Source of the DNA: an uncultured Arcobacteraceae bacterium
GTDB taxonomy: Bacteria > Campylobacterota > Campylobacteria > Campylobacterales > Arcobacteraceae
Direction: 5' to 3'
Length of the DNA stretch: 50,102 nucleotides
NCBI GenBank assembly: GCA_964022095.1
Contig: CAXHZO010000018.1
Span: 1 to 50,102, forward strand
The notes under the pieces are model-generated. The model did no database searches. It was not told the origin of the DNA and saw only the letters and a program-made list of their open reading frames with translations. Positions 18,558 to 28,420 of this stretch are shown here, piece after piece. The stretch's first letter is position 1. Every line of letters begins with the position of its first letter. Made by a program: the position numbers and the translations under genes.

Positions 18558-19602
18558 CATTATAAATAGAGTCTCTTTCAACTGGAGTAAATCCAGAACT
18601 TTTAATTAAATCAACAAACTCATTTAAAGCTACACCTTTAGCACTAGTAGCTCCTGCTGCACTTTGTATTGATTCTCTTTCAATTGTTCCATCAACGTCA
18701 TTAGAACCAAACTCTTGAGCTATTAGAGCTAACTTTACAGTTGATGTTGCCCAATAAGCTTTAATATTAGAAATATTATCTAATACAATTCTAGCTATTG
18801 CGTAAGTTTTTAAAACTTCTTGTCCTGTGATTGGAGCTTCAACTTTTAAGTAATTATTCTCTGTTTGATAAACTAGTGGAATAAAAGCATTGAAACCACC
18901 TGTTTCATCTTGAAGATCTCTTAATCTCATCATATGATCGATTCTATGTTCAGGCTTTTCTACATGTCCAAAAAGCATTGTAGCATTACTTTGCATTCCT
19001 GCTTTATGCCAAAGTTTATGAATTTCTAACCATTGATCAGATTTTACTTTTCCACCACAGATTTTTTTTCTAACTTTTTCATCAAATATCTCTGCCCCAC
19101 CACCTGGCATAGAATCAATTCCATGACTTTTCATCATATTAATAATCTCTTGATATGATAAATTATATTCTGTACTTAAGAAGTGAATTTCTGCAGCTGT
19201 TAGAGCTTTTACATGAATTGATGGAAAATTTTCTTTTATTTTTTTAAATACATCCATGTACCACTGTAATCCTGTAGCTGGATTATGTGCTGAAACTATA
19301 TGTACCTCTTTTATATCATTTTTAGAAGAGTTCTTAACAATATCTAAAATCTCTTCATGACTCATTGTATATTGATGAGGGTTTTTTCTACTTGCACTAT
19401 ATGCACAAAATTGACATACATCTTTACAAACATTTGTTGGGTTTATGTGTCTATTTATATTAAAATATGTTTTCTTCCCATGTTTGTTTTCTCTAATTTG
19501 ATTTGCGTAATGGGCTAAAGTAAAAAGGTCTAAGTCATAAAGTTCAACTGCCTCTTCATAGTTTAATCTTTCACCACTTTCTAATTTTTCTATAATACTC
19601 AT
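18541..19602 (-). CDS. mqnE: Aminofutalosine synthase (radical SAM, futalosine menaquinone pathway)
   Basis: Motifs NRHINPTNVCKDVCQFCAY, SMPGGGAEIF, NATMLFGH and IKAYW...DVDGTIERE.I.SAAG. Confidence 0.9.
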   Translation of the reverse strand: MSIIEKLESGERLNYEEAVELYDLDLFTLAHYANQIRENKHGKKTYFNINRHINPTNVCKDVCQFCAYSASRKNPHQYTMSHEEILDIVKNSSKNDIKEVHIVSAHNPATGLQWYMDVFKKIKENFPSIHVKALTAAEIHFLSTEYNLSYQEIINMMKSHGIDSMPGGGAEIFDEKVRKKICGGKVKSDQWLEIHKLWHKAGMQSNATMLFGHVEKPEHRIDHMMRLRDLQDETGGFNAFIPLVYQTENNYLKVEAPITGQEVLKTYAIARIVLDNISNIKAYWATSTVKLALIAQEFGSNDVDGTIERESIQSAAGATSAKGVALNEFVDLIKSSGFTPVERDSIYNELKTW

Positions 19603-19613
19603 ACTTATCCTAT

Positions 19614-19931
19614 CTATTTACAATCTATATCTTTACTATAGCTTCTATTTTTGCCAATATGTATAAAGCCAATACACGTTTTATCTAAATCTTTGTCAAA
19701 AAATCTAACTTTAAAAACTTTACTTTTATATCTAGTTTCTTTATCTTCAACGCTTAATTTATTAATAACTTCCATATCATTAATATTTTTGTGACCTAAT
19801 GTAGCAATTATTTCAGTCATTCTTAATTCTTTCATATTTTGTAAAAAAATATAACCAGCTATTGCAATTAGCGACATTAAAGTAATTATAATAATAGTTT
19901 TCTTTGGAAGTTTTCTAACATCTTGATTCAT
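19614..19931 (-). CDS. Hypothetical protein with an N-terminal TM anchor
   Basis: Hydrophobic stretch TIIIITLMSLIAIAGYIFL. ATG 19931 directly follows the carbonic anhydrase stop; GTG 19940 is an alternative start. Confidence 0.7.
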   Translation of the reverse strand: MNQDVRKLPKKTIIIITLMSLIAIAGYIFLQNMKELRMTEIIATLGHKNINDMEVINKLSVEDKETRYKSKVFKVRFFDKDLDKTCIGFIHIGKNRSYSKDIDCK

Positions 19932-19932
19932 T

Positions 19933-20577
19933 TTATTCACTCTCTTTTAATGGTTTAAATGAGCACTCAGCTCCATCATAATACTCAATATTTCCATCTT
20001 CAATTCTATAATACCACCCATGGATTTGAACATCACCTGCTTTTACTTTTTTTTCTATATAAGGGAAAGTTAGTAGGTTTTCCATTTGGTGAACTATTGA
20101 AATTCTTTCAGTTGTTCTATAAAGTTTCTCTTTATCTGATTTATCTTGGATTGCTAAAAGAGTATACTCTTTTGCTCTTTTCCCTAGTTCAAGCCATTTT
20201 TTTACTTGCGCTAATTCAGGGCCAGTTCCTAAATCTGCATATAAACTTTTACAAGCTCCACAATGACTATGTCCACATACAATAATATGTTTCACACCTA
20301 ATACATTAACTGCATACTCAATTACAGCAGAAGTACCATGGTAATCATTATCTAAATTATATGGAGGAATAAAGTTTCCAACATTTCTTAAAATAAACAT
20401 ATCTCCAGGTTTTGTATCTAACATTAAATCAGGTGTTACTCTACTATCAGAACACCCTACGAATAAAATCTCAGGTCTTTGACCATTTTCTACTAACTCC
20501 TTTACGTCACCTTCAAATTTAGGGAAACTAACTTCTCTAAATTTCTTATTACCCTTTACTAAATCGTTTATTAACAT
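19933..20577 (-). CDS. Beta-class carbonic anhydrase
   Basis: Zn-ligand motifs GCSDSRV and CGHSHCGA, plus RNVGN and EYAV. Confidence 0.95.
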   Translation of the reverse strand: MLINDLVKGNKKFREVSFPKFEGDVKELVENGQRPEILFVGCSDSRVTPDLMLDTKPGDMFILRNVGNFIPPYNLDNDYHGTSAVIEYAVNVLGVKHIIVCGHSHCGACKSLYADLGTGPELAQVKKWLELGKRAKEYTLLAIQDKSDKEKLYRTTERISIVHQMENLLTFPYIEKKVKAGDVQIHGWYYRIEDGNIEYYDGAECSFKPLKESE

Positions 20578-20814
20578 TTAATTCCCTGACTTTAATACTG
20601 TTTGTGAATTTTCTGTAATCATAGTAATTTTTTTAATACTATCTGATTCTCTTATATCATTTTCAATTTTATATTCAACTAAATAATCTATTTTATGGCA
20701 TGAAAAAAGTTTTGTGAATGGTGACATATCAAGTACCTCACAATTTTTCATATTAAATACATCTTTACTTAATAGTGAACTAATAAATAGTAAACTTAAA
20801 AATATTATTCTCAT
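20578..20814 (-). CDS. Small exported hypothetical protein
   Basis: Signal-peptide-like MRIIFLSLLFISSLLS and two Cys; translationally coupled between bioF and the carbonic anhydrase. Confidence 0.65.
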   Translation of the reverse strand: MRIIFLSLLFISSLLSKDVFNMKNCEVLDMSPFTKLFSCHKIDYLVEYKIENDIRESDSIKKITMITENSQTVLKSGN

Positions 20815-21905
20815 TTTAACTCCTGTAAAGTTTTACATACATCTGTTAGATTTTCTAAATCAACATCAATTTTTGCAATAAGTCTAATTATTGCTTCTTT
20901 TACTGTTGGCTGCCTAATTGCACCAACTAAAAAATTCTTCTTTTTTAAAATAGTTTGAATATCTTTTACTTTTTTATTATCTCCAAATACAATTGGAATA
21001 ATAAGACTTTGTGATTTTATATTTAACATCTCATCAATAACTGCTAAATTTTCTTTAATTCTTTTTTTCAGTTGCACTTTATTTTCTTGAATAAAATTTA
21101 ATGATTCTAAACCAAGTGCAATATCAAATAGTGACGGGGCAGTTGAATATATAATAGGTTTTGCTCTGTTTGTTAAAAAATCTATTATTTCTTTTGAAGC
21201 TAATATATATGCTCCATAAGAACCATAAGCTTTTCCTAGTGTACCCATTTTTATATGGTTTTGTGAGGGTTTTATTTTATATAAATCAAAAATACCTAAT
21301 AGATTATCACCTATGACTCCTGAACTATGAGCTTCGTCAACTATTAAAAGTGAGTTAGTTTTATTTGCTAATTCAAAGATTTCAATAGGAGCTAAATCTC
21401 CACCCATTGAATATACACCTTCAATAGCAATTACATCTCTACCTTTTCTTTCATTTTCATTTAATTTATTTTCTAAATCTTTATAATCATTATGTTTGAA
21501 AACAATTACTTGTTCAGGTTTTAAAAGCTTAGTAGCTAAAATCCCACTAGCATGATAATCTTCATCTATAAATAAAGTGTCATTTTTTCTACATAGTGCT
21601 TCAATCATAGAGATATTTGCTAAAAAACCAGAACCGACACTAATAGCAGATTCAAAGCCATTTATTTCACATAATTTATTTTCAAATTCATTATGTATTT
21701 GAGAGTACCCATTAACAAGCATTGATGCTTTTGGTGAATGAAATTTTTGTTTTAAAACTCTCTCATATGCATTTTGAAATAAAGTTTTATTAGTTGATAG
21801 TCCAAGATAGTCATTTGAGGCTAGGTCAATTAAGTCATCACTAAAAAGTTCTCTAGTTCTAAATCTATTCGCTTTTTTAATCGATGAAAGTTCTTTTGAA
21901 TACAA
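20811..21905 (-). CDS. bioF: 8-amino-7-oxononanoate synthase (PLP class II aminotransferase)
   Basis: Motifs DLASNDYLGL, EGVYSMGGD, VDEAHS, GTLGKAYG and AIRQPTV. Confidence 0.88.
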   Translation of the reverse strand: MYSKELSSIKKANRFRTRELFSDDLIDLASNDYLGLSTNKTLFQNAYERVLKQKFHSPKASMLVNGYSQIHNEFENKLCEINGFESAISVGSGFLANISMIEALCRKNDTLFIDEDYHASGILATKLLKPEQVIVFKHNDYKDLENKLNENERKGRDVIAIEGVYSMGGDLAPIEIFELANKTNSLLIVDEAHSSGVIGDNLLGIFDLYKIKPSQNHIKMGTLGKAYGSYGAYILASKEIIDFLTNRAKPIIYSTAPSLFDIALGLESLNFIQENKVQLKKRIKENLAVIDEMLNIKSQSLIIPIVFGDNKKVKDIQTILKKKNFLVGAIRQPTVKEAIIRLIAKIDVDLENLTDVCKTLQELK

Positions 21906-22007
21906 AAAAAATCTCCGTAAGTATTTATATATTGTATCTAGATTTTACTAAAGTAGAAGTAAATTATGAAATTTAATATTTATGCTAGTTTTTTGCTACT
22001 ATACGCA

Positions 22008-22092
22008 GTTATAATTTTCTTCTACTAATTTTATATACAAGTCCATAGAAGTAAGAGGTGTTTTTGCGACCTTCACCTCTTACTTTTATTTT
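22008..22092 (+). ncRNA. Candidate small RNA (about 80 nt) with its own promoter and terminator
   Basis: TG-c-TACTAT extended -10 at 21994-22002. A 12-bp hairpin AAGTAAGAGGTG / CACCTCTTACTT (22049-22085) is followed by a T-rich tail. A separate TATAAT precedes the MFS gene. Confidence 0.4.
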
Positions 22093-22153
22093 ACTCTTTT
22101 TAAGTAAAAAAAATCAAAAAATTCATATAATATCAAAAAAAATTAGGCTATTT

Positions 22154-23335
22154 ATGCACAACTTTCTTGATAAAAACTCAAATCTTAACATTATAATTGC
22201 AGGAATTATAAAACTATTTATTGGTGTAGGTATCGCAAGATTCGCTTATACAACGCTTTTACCCTCAATGCTAGAAGAGAATATCATCTCTTTGACTTAT
22301 TCAGGAGTATTAGCATCTATTAATTATGTGGGTTACTTAAGTGGTGCAATTATTTCAATTTTTATAAAAAGTTTTAATACAAAAATAAATCTTTTTAGAT
22401 TTGGTATTGTTTTTTGTATATTAACAACTATTGTTTTAGGTATTAGTACAAATGAAGTTATATGGTTTCTTTCAAGGCTTATTGCAGGATTTGCTAGTGC
22501 TATGCTTTTAGTTGTTGGTGCAGCTATTGTTATGGTTAAATTAAATTATGAAGATAAAACTAAAGCTATGGGCTTATATTTTACTGGAATAGGGATCGCA
22601 TTAGCTAGTAGTGATTTAATAAGTAGGTATGTTTTAATTAACTATACTTGGGAAACATCATGGATAGTTTTAAGTATTTGTGGCGCTATTTTAGCTTTTT
22701 ACCCTTTATATATTTTATCTATTGATAAAGAGATTAAAAACAAAAACGAAAAGCATCCTTTTGATAAATCATTATTTTCGCCCTTTGTTTTACTTTTGAT
22801 TTTTGCTTACTTCACTGAAGGTGTTGGCTTTGTAATTCAAGGTACATTTTTACCAACAATCATAAAATCAATTGATGGTATGCAAGAGTATGCAGCTTTA
22901 TCATGGTTAATTGTAGGCTTAGTTGGTATTCCTTCTGCTATTATTTGGATGAGATTAGCTTTTAGATTTGGTAGTGTAAATATTATAATTATTGCTATGA
23001 GTTTACAAATTATAGGAATACTTCTTCCAACAATGTTTACAAATTTTTATGCAAGTATTTTAAGTGGTGCATTATATGGCATTACATTTGTTGGACTTGT
23101 TGCACTTTTTATGAATTTTGGTGGAAAACTTGCCAAAAAAAATCCAGTTGTACTAATGGGCTCACTTACAACAGCATATGGAATAGGGCAGGTGCTTGCA
23201 CCACTTTATGCAGTAACATTAACACAAAAGTTTGGGAATTATGATTATTCATTGTATTTAACTGCAATGATAGTATTTATTGGAGTTATTGCATTACTTT
23301 TTGCAAAAAGATTAAATAGTTATATTCTCCATTAA
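22154..23335 (+). CDS. MFS transporter, YbfB/YjiJ family
   Basis: Motifs GIARFAYT.LLP.M and LASINYVGYLSGA, about 12 TM segments. Start re-assigned to ATG 22154 because GTG 22058 lies inside the hairpin. Confidence 0.87.
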   Translation: MHNFLDKNSNLNIIIAGIIKLFIGVGIARFAYTTLLPSMLEENIISLTYSGVLASINYVGYLSGAIISIFIKSFNTKINLFRFGIVFCILTTIVLGISTNEVIWFLSRLIAGFASAMLLVVGAAIVMVKLNYEDKTKAMGLYFTGIGIALASSDLISRYVLINYTWETSWIVLSICGAILAFYPLYILSIDKEIKNKNEKHPFDKSLFSPFVLLLIFAYFTEGVGFVIQGTFLPTIIKSIDGMQEYAALSWLIVGLVGIPSAIIWMRLAFRFGSVNIIIIAMSLQIIGILLPTMFTNFYASILSGALYGITFVGLVALFMNFGGKLAKKNPVVLMGSLTTAYGIGQVLAPLYAVTLTQKFGNYDYSLYLTAMIVFIGVIALLFAKRLNSYILH

Positions 23336-23647
23336 TTCAATATCTTCAGGTGTAACTATAATTACATCAATACAGTATGCATTTGAGATTTTTTTTGTTT
23401 GTATGTAGTAATTTAAACTTCTTTTGATTTTTGATAGTTTTGATGCAGTTATATTGTTTACTGCTATTTCATAATCTTGAGCAGATTTTACTTCAACAAA
23501 GTGATAGATATCATCTTTTAAAGCTATGATATCTATTTCACCAAGTTTTTTTGCATAGAAGTTTTGCTCTATTATTTTAAAACTTCTATCTTCTAAAAGT
23601 GAGATAGCTCTTTTTTCAGCTAAGTCCCCTTTATTTTTTGTACTCAA
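23312..23647 (-). CDS. YraN (UPF0102) family PD-(D/E)xK nuclease-like protein
   Basis: Motifs G..AE..A...L, GEIDIIA and FVEVKS. Confidence 0.9.
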   Translation of the reverse strand: MSTKNKGDLAEKRAISLLEDRSFKIIEQNFYAKKLGEIDIIALKDDIYHFVEVKSAQDYEIAVNNITASKLSKIKRSLNYYIQTKKISNAYCIDVIIVTPEDIELMENITI

Positions 23648-23848
23648 TCACCCACCACCAACAAACTGTAATAGTTCGATTTTGTCATTTTCTTTTGGAG
23701 TGAAGTTTTCCCATTCCTCTTTTTTTACTATATTCATATTTACTGCTGCTGCCATAACTTTATCTTCAATTTTCAAATCAGTAATTATATTTTGCAATGA
23801 AGAGTTTGCATTAAAATCTTTTGTTTCGCCATTAACTATAATTGTCAT
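23648..23848 (-). CDS. thiS: Sulfur carrier protein ThiS
   Basis: 66 aa with I.VNGE, AVN..IV and D.IELLQFVGGG ending in Gly-Gly. Confidence 0.92.
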   Translation of the reverse strand: MTIIVNGETKDFNANSSLQNIITDLKIEDKVMAAAVNMNIVKKEEWENFTPKENDKIELLQFVGGG

Positions 23849-23858
23849 TATTAACCTT

Positions 23859-24875
23859 TTAATATTTTTTTACATCTAATATTTTAAATCTATCACCCAT
23901 ACCAGTTGGTTCTAATAATATTTTCACTTTTTGTGTTTGTTTTAAGTATGTTGATTCGTCTACATTCGCTTTTAGTATTTCTAAAAGTTCAATTATACCA
24001 AAATCAACTAAGGCTTTTAATTGAGTATCAAATTTTATATCTATGTTATTCTTTTGATACTCTTTGAAACAATCACTAAGATAGTTGAAGTGTACATCAT
24101 AAGTGATATCACTATTTTTAAATAGTTTTTCTAAGTCTAAATTATCTTCAAAAATTGGGTAGACATTATGCTTTTCATAAACTCTTGCACTAAAGTCATT
24201 TCTTGGGTATCTATCACCATAGTCAAAAGTTAAAAATTCGAATTTTTTGATATTTTCAATAAGAGTTTTTACAAAAGGTTTATAAGAAAGTGCAACTTCA
24301 CCTTTTGTGATACTATATTTTTCACAATGTTCTATAATCTTTTCATCTTCACAATTGTGAAATTCTATTTTATGATTGTCAACCATTGCAATTTGAAGTT
24401 TATCTTTGTCATTTGTGTAGACTAAATCACAATCAAATGCATCAAAAATTTCATTTGCAACTATAAATGCATTATCAAGTTTTACTTCATTTATATCATT
24501 ATAATGAGTTAGTTTAATTGCATTACCAAACGACTCTTTTAAATAGTTTTTTTGTTGAGTTTGTAAGTTTTCATATCTTTCAACAATTGCAAAATTCAAA
24601 GTTTCAAGTAGTGTTGGTTTTAAAGTATAAATAAACTGAATAATATCTGCAAATAAATATCCATGGTGTGCACCAATTTCTAATATTGTAGTATTTGTAG
24701 GTAAAAAACCATCTTCAATAGTTTTTATGATTTTTTTAGCAATTGCTCCACCAAAAAATGAGGAAGTAGAAACAGAAGTAAAAAAATCTCCTTCTTTTCC
24801 TATTTGTTTGTAGTTTGAGTAGTAGCCATCTTTTTCATACAGCCATTCATTAAAATATTTGTTAAATCTTTTCAT
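23859..24875 (-). CDS. SAM-dependent methyltransferase, MidA/NDUFAF7 family
   Basis: Motifs GYY...IGKEGDFFTS, LEIGA..G, ANEIFDAF, DYG, DITYDV.F and GMGDRFK. Confidence 0.88.
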   Translation of the reverse strand: MKRFNKYFNEWLYEKDGYYSNYKQIGKEGDFFTSVSTSSFFGGAIAKKIIKTIEDGFLPTNTTILEIGAHHGYLFADIIQFIYTLKPTLLETLNFAIVERYENLQTQQKNYLKESFGNAIKLTHYNDINEVKLDNAFIVANEIFDAFDCDLVYTNDKDKLQIAMVDNHKIEFHNCEDEKIIEHCEKYSITKGEVALSYKPFVKTLIENIKKFEFLTFDYGDRYPRNDFSARVYEKHNVYPIFEDNLDLEKLFKNSDITYDVHFNYLSDCFKEYQKNNIDIKFDTQLKALVDFGIIELLEILKANVDESTYLKQTQKVKILLEPTGMGDRFKILDVKKY

Positions 24876-24919
24876 GAATGGATTGTATCAAAAGTGTTGT
24901 AAATAAAAAGAAAATCTTT

Positions 24920-25645
24920 TTATTTACATACATCAATTACAGATTGTTGATTAGGGTATAAATATACTTCAACTCTTCTGTTTAATGCCATGTTTGCAGA
25001 ATTGTCATTTGGTGCAACTGGCTTATCAAAAGAACATCCTCTTGAGAAAATCTGATTTTGAGCACCAGAAGAGTAGATAATATTACCTACATTTGAAGCT
25101 CTTTTTTCAGATAATGTTGCATTGTATGTATGGCTTCCTCTTGAGTCAGTATGTCCAACAACTTGAACTAATGTATTTGGATACTTTTGTAAAACAGTAT
25201 TGATTTTTGCAATTTTTGCTTGTGCACTAGGAGTTGGGTTTGCTGAGTTTGTTTGGAACATCATATCATCTCTAAACATGATTTTTACGTAAGTATCAGT
25301 ATTTGATACAATTAAATCAGCATTTGGATCTAATGCAGCATTTGGATTATTGTTTACATTTGTATTTAAACTGTCAGCAACTTCTTTTGCTTGCTTATCT
25401 AAGTTGTAACCAATAGCTCCACCAATAGCAGCACCAGCAACAGCACCAATTACTTTATTTCTACTTTTACTTCCTCCACCAACATTATTACCTAAAACAA
25501 CACCAGCTAATGCACCAACTGTTGCTCCAATAATTGCTTTTTGGTTATCATCAAATGTCTGATTTCCTGTTGTTCCTGCACAACCTGTAATCATTGCAGC
25601 AATAGCAATAGATGAAATAGCAGTTTTGTAATTAAATAACTTCAT
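24920..25645 (-). CDS. OmpA-family lipoprotein with a glycine zipper (YiaD-like)
   Basis: Lipobox ITGC, glycine-zipper repeats, VVGHTDSRG..YN..LS..RA and NRRVE. Confidence 0.92.
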   Translation of the reverse strand: MKLFNYKTAISSIAIAAMITGCAGTTGNQTFDDNQKAIIGATVGALAGVVLGNNVGGGSKSRNKVIGAVAGAAIGGAIGYNLDKQAKEVADSLNTNVNNNPNAALDPNADLIVSNTDTYVKIMFRDDMMFQTNSANPTPSAQAKIAKINTVLQKYPNTLVQVVGHTDSRGSHTYNATLSEKRASNVGNIIYSSGAQNQIFSRGCSFDKPVAPNDNSANMALNRRVEVYLYPNQQSVIDVCK

Positions 25646-25769
25646 TTTTGTCCTTTAAGAATTTTATAATTTATTTTAACATAACTATTGTGAAATAAAA
25701 GTTGTACAGTATTGTTTCTACTATGTAATTATTTTATGATATAATTTACAATTATTAAAAGGAGAATCT

Positions 25770-27212
25770 ATGGAAAAACGAACAAAAATATTAGCAACTT
25801 TAGGCCCAGCAAGCCATAGTATTGAAATTATTGAAGGACTTATTAAAGCTGGCGCAAATATGTTTAGACTAAATTTCTCACATGGTAATCATGAAGATCA
25901 TGCAAAAGTATTAAATAATATTAGAACTGCTATGAAAAACCTTAATACTACAGTTGGAGTATTACAAGATATATCAGGACCAAAAGTAAGAATTGGTGAT
26001 TTAAAAGAGCCTTTTGAGTTATTAAGAGGTGACGTAATAACATTTTTAAAAGATGAAATAATTGGTTATAAAGAAGCAGATAAAAAATATGTAGTATCAA
26101 TTAATTATCCAGATATTTTAGAAAAGATAAAAGTTGGTGAATATATTTATTTATATGATGGAACAATTAGAGCAAGAGTTATTGAAACAGATGATGAGGT
26201 AAAAGCTCAAATTGAAAACCACGGTATTTTATCATCTAAAAAAGGTGTAAACTTTCCAAATACAGTAATTGATATTGATGTAATTACTAAAAAAGATGAA
26301 AAAGATATTGCTTGGGGAGTTGAAAATAAAGTTGATTATTTTGCAATTTCATTTGTTCAAAATGGAAAAGATATGCAAAAAGCAAGAGACTTATTAAATG
26401 GATACAATGGAAAATTAATTGCAAAAATTGAAAAATTTGATGCCGTTGAGAATATTGATGAAATTATTGAAGCAAGTGACGGACTAATGGTAGCAAGGGG
26501 TGACCTTGGTATTGAAGTACCATATTATGATGTGCCAACAATTCAAAAAATGCTTATTAAAAAAGCAAATAGTGTTGGAATGCCAGTAATTACAGCAACT
26601 CAAATGCTTTTATCTATGACTCAAAATGAAAGAGCTACAAGAGCAGAAATTTCAGATGTTGCAAATGCAGTTTTAGATGGAACTGATGTTGTTATGCTTT
26701 CTGAAGAGAGTGCTGTAGGAGTTGATCCAATAAATGTTGTTGATACTATGAGTAATATTATTGCTAAAACAGAAGATATTTATAATTATGGGAAACAAGG
26801 TAAGTTTGAGCAGTTAGATGAGTTTGATAAAATTCAATCTTCAGTTACTAAACTTGCAGATGATTTAGGTGCAAATGGTATTTTAGCATTAACAAGTTCT
26901 GGTAAATCAGCATTTAAAATGTCAAGATATAGACCAAAAACTCCTATTTTAGCTTTTACTCATAAAAAAAGAGTATTAAATGGATTAAATGCAATTTGGG
27001 GCGTTGAGCCAATTGCTACTATTAAAGAGTCTCAAGCTTCTAAAATGTTTCAAAAGATGTTAAAAGAGTTAGAGAAAGTAGATTTATTAGATAAAAATGG
27101 ATTATATATTGCAACTGTTGGTTATCCAGTAGGGATGCCAGGAAGTACAAATACTATTAAAATTTTAACTTCATCAGAGATTGACTACTATTTAAACTTT
27201 ACTTCAAAATAG
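25770..27212 (+). CDS. pyk: Pyruvate kinase
   Basis: Motifs RTKILATLGPAS, RLNFSHG, IAKIE, MVARGDLG and TATQML.SM....ATRAE.SDVANA.LDG. Confidence 0.97.
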   Translation: MEKRTKILATLGPASHSIEIIEGLIKAGANMFRLNFSHGNHEDHAKVLNNIRTAMKNLNTTVGVLQDISGPKVRIGDLKEPFELLRGDVITFLKDEIIGYKEADKKYVVSINYPDILEKIKVGEYIYLYDGTIRARVIETDDEVKAQIENHGILSSKKGVNFPNTVIDIDVITKKDEKDIAWGVENKVDYFAISFVQNGKDMQKARDLLNGYNGKLIAKIEKFDAVENIDEIIEASDGLMVARGDLGIEVPYYDVPTIQKMLIKKANSVGMPVITATQMLLSMTQNERATRAEISDVANAVLDGTDVVMLSEESAVGVDPINVVDTMSNIIAKTEDIYNYGKQGKFEQLDEFDKIQSSVTKLADDLGANGILALTSSGKSAFKMSRYRPKTPILAFTHKKRVLNGLNAIWGVEPIATIKESQASKMFQKMLKELEKVDLLDKNGLYIATVGYPVGMPGSTNTIKILTSSEIDYYLNFTSK

Positions 27213-27229
27213 TAAGATATGTAAAACTT

Positions 27230-28420
27230 CTAATGAAGTTTTACATACATATCAAGTAGTGTAAGTTGTTTGTCTATTTGATAAATTTCTTTATCTAATG
27301 TTTTGATTTTTGCAGAGTTTTGTAAAGTATCTAAATCACTTTGAGTTTTAAGTTCAGCTTCTTTTTCTTCTTCAATTATTGATAAGATTGATGCATATAC
27401 TTCTATATCTTCATCTGTAATTTTTATTCTTTCTTCTAACATATCTAATTTTTGAAGATTTGTTTTAAAGAAAATCTCTTCATCTGTGATTGTATTTTTT
27501 AAATTTAATTTCGATTTTAAATAGTCAATCTTTTTACTTTCAATATCATTAAAAGTTCTAGTATCTAAAGGCATAGTAACTGTTAATCCATATGATTGAG
27601 AGTTTTGGTTTATATTTGCTTGATTATCTGTTTCATGATATTTTGAATAATTATAGTATGCATTTACACTAGGTAAATACTTTGCCATTGTCATAAACGA
27701 AAAATTGCCCTTTTTTTCTATATCAGCTTTAGCTTTTTTGATTTCAATATTGTTTTTTATAAACTCTTTTTTTGTAAACATTTTAAGTTTTGGAAGGTCA
27801 AAGTTTGTGTACGGTTTTGATGAAATAGAGTTAAAACTATTTATGAAATCTTGTTTTTGATATTTTAAATCGACTAAATTATGTTTTGTTGAGTTTATAG
27901 TAAGCAGTGCATTATCCAAAAATGAAGCATCTAAAAAACCATTTAATACTTGCTCTTTTTTTCTAACTACATCTATTTTTGCATTTTGTAGTGTAAGTTG
28001 AGCTTTTTGGATATTTAAATCTATTTTTTTTATATTAAAAAGTAAAGCAACTGCTTGTTTTATTAGTTGTTTTTTTTGTTGTTCAACTTCTAAACTTGCA
28101 TAATCATAAGTTGAATTTGCATATTTAATTGCTTGATAAATACCACCACTTTGAAAAATAGGTTGATTAATTGAAATTAATGATTGTGTTGTATCAAAAT
28201 CTTTACCCATATTATTTTTATATTGAAGTGTAATAGGATTTATCCAATCTTTTTTTAGTTTGGAACTATCTTCTTTTATCTGCTCTTTTGATAATTCAAT
28301 AATCTTTTTTCTAGGTTCTGACAGAATTGAATCATCATAAATTATTGGCTGTGCAAATGTTTGCACAGCTAAGATACTTAATAGTAGTAAAGTATTTTTA
28401 CTTGATTTGATCAAGTGCAT
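27230..28420 (-). CDS. TolC-family outer membrane efflux protein
   Basis: Signal peptide, INQPIFQSGGI, YLPSV and helical coiled segments. Start set at ATG 28420. Confidence 0.75.
   Translation of the reverse strand: MHLIKSSKNTLLLLSILAVQTFAQPIIYDDSILSEPRKKIIELSKEQIKEDSSKLKKDWINPITLQYKNNMGKDFDTTQSLISINQPIFQSGGIYQAIKYANSTYDYASLEVEQQKKQLIKQAVALLFNIKKIDLNIQKAQLTLQNAKIDVVRKKEQVLNGFLDASFLDNALLTINSTKHNLVDLKYQKQDFINSFNSISSKPYTNFDLPKLKMFTKKEFIKNNIEIKKAKADIEKKGNFSFMTMAKYLPSVNAYYNYSKYHETDNQANINQNSQSYGLTVTMPLDTRTFNDIESKKIDYLKSKLNLKNTITDEEIFFKTNLQKLDMLEERIKITDEDIEVYASILSIIEEEKEAELKTQSDLDTLQNSAKIKTLDKEIYQIDKQLTLLDMYVKLH

Noticed and set aside
22058-22153. GTG-started N-terminal extension of the MFS transporter
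   Set aside because: The GTG sits in a hairpin stem, and a TATAAT box lies downstream of it, before ATG 22154.
23312-24875. YraN nuclease + ThiS (ubiquitin-like) + methyltransferase as a defence system
   Set aside because: Each gene matches an ordinary housekeeping family (the methyltransferase is MidA-type, not a DNA methylase), and no E1/E2/JAB or effector genes are nearby.
25410-25550. Repetitive GCACCA/GCTCCA units
   Set aside because: They encode the glycine-zipper of the OmpA lipoprotein and are not a DNA repeat array.
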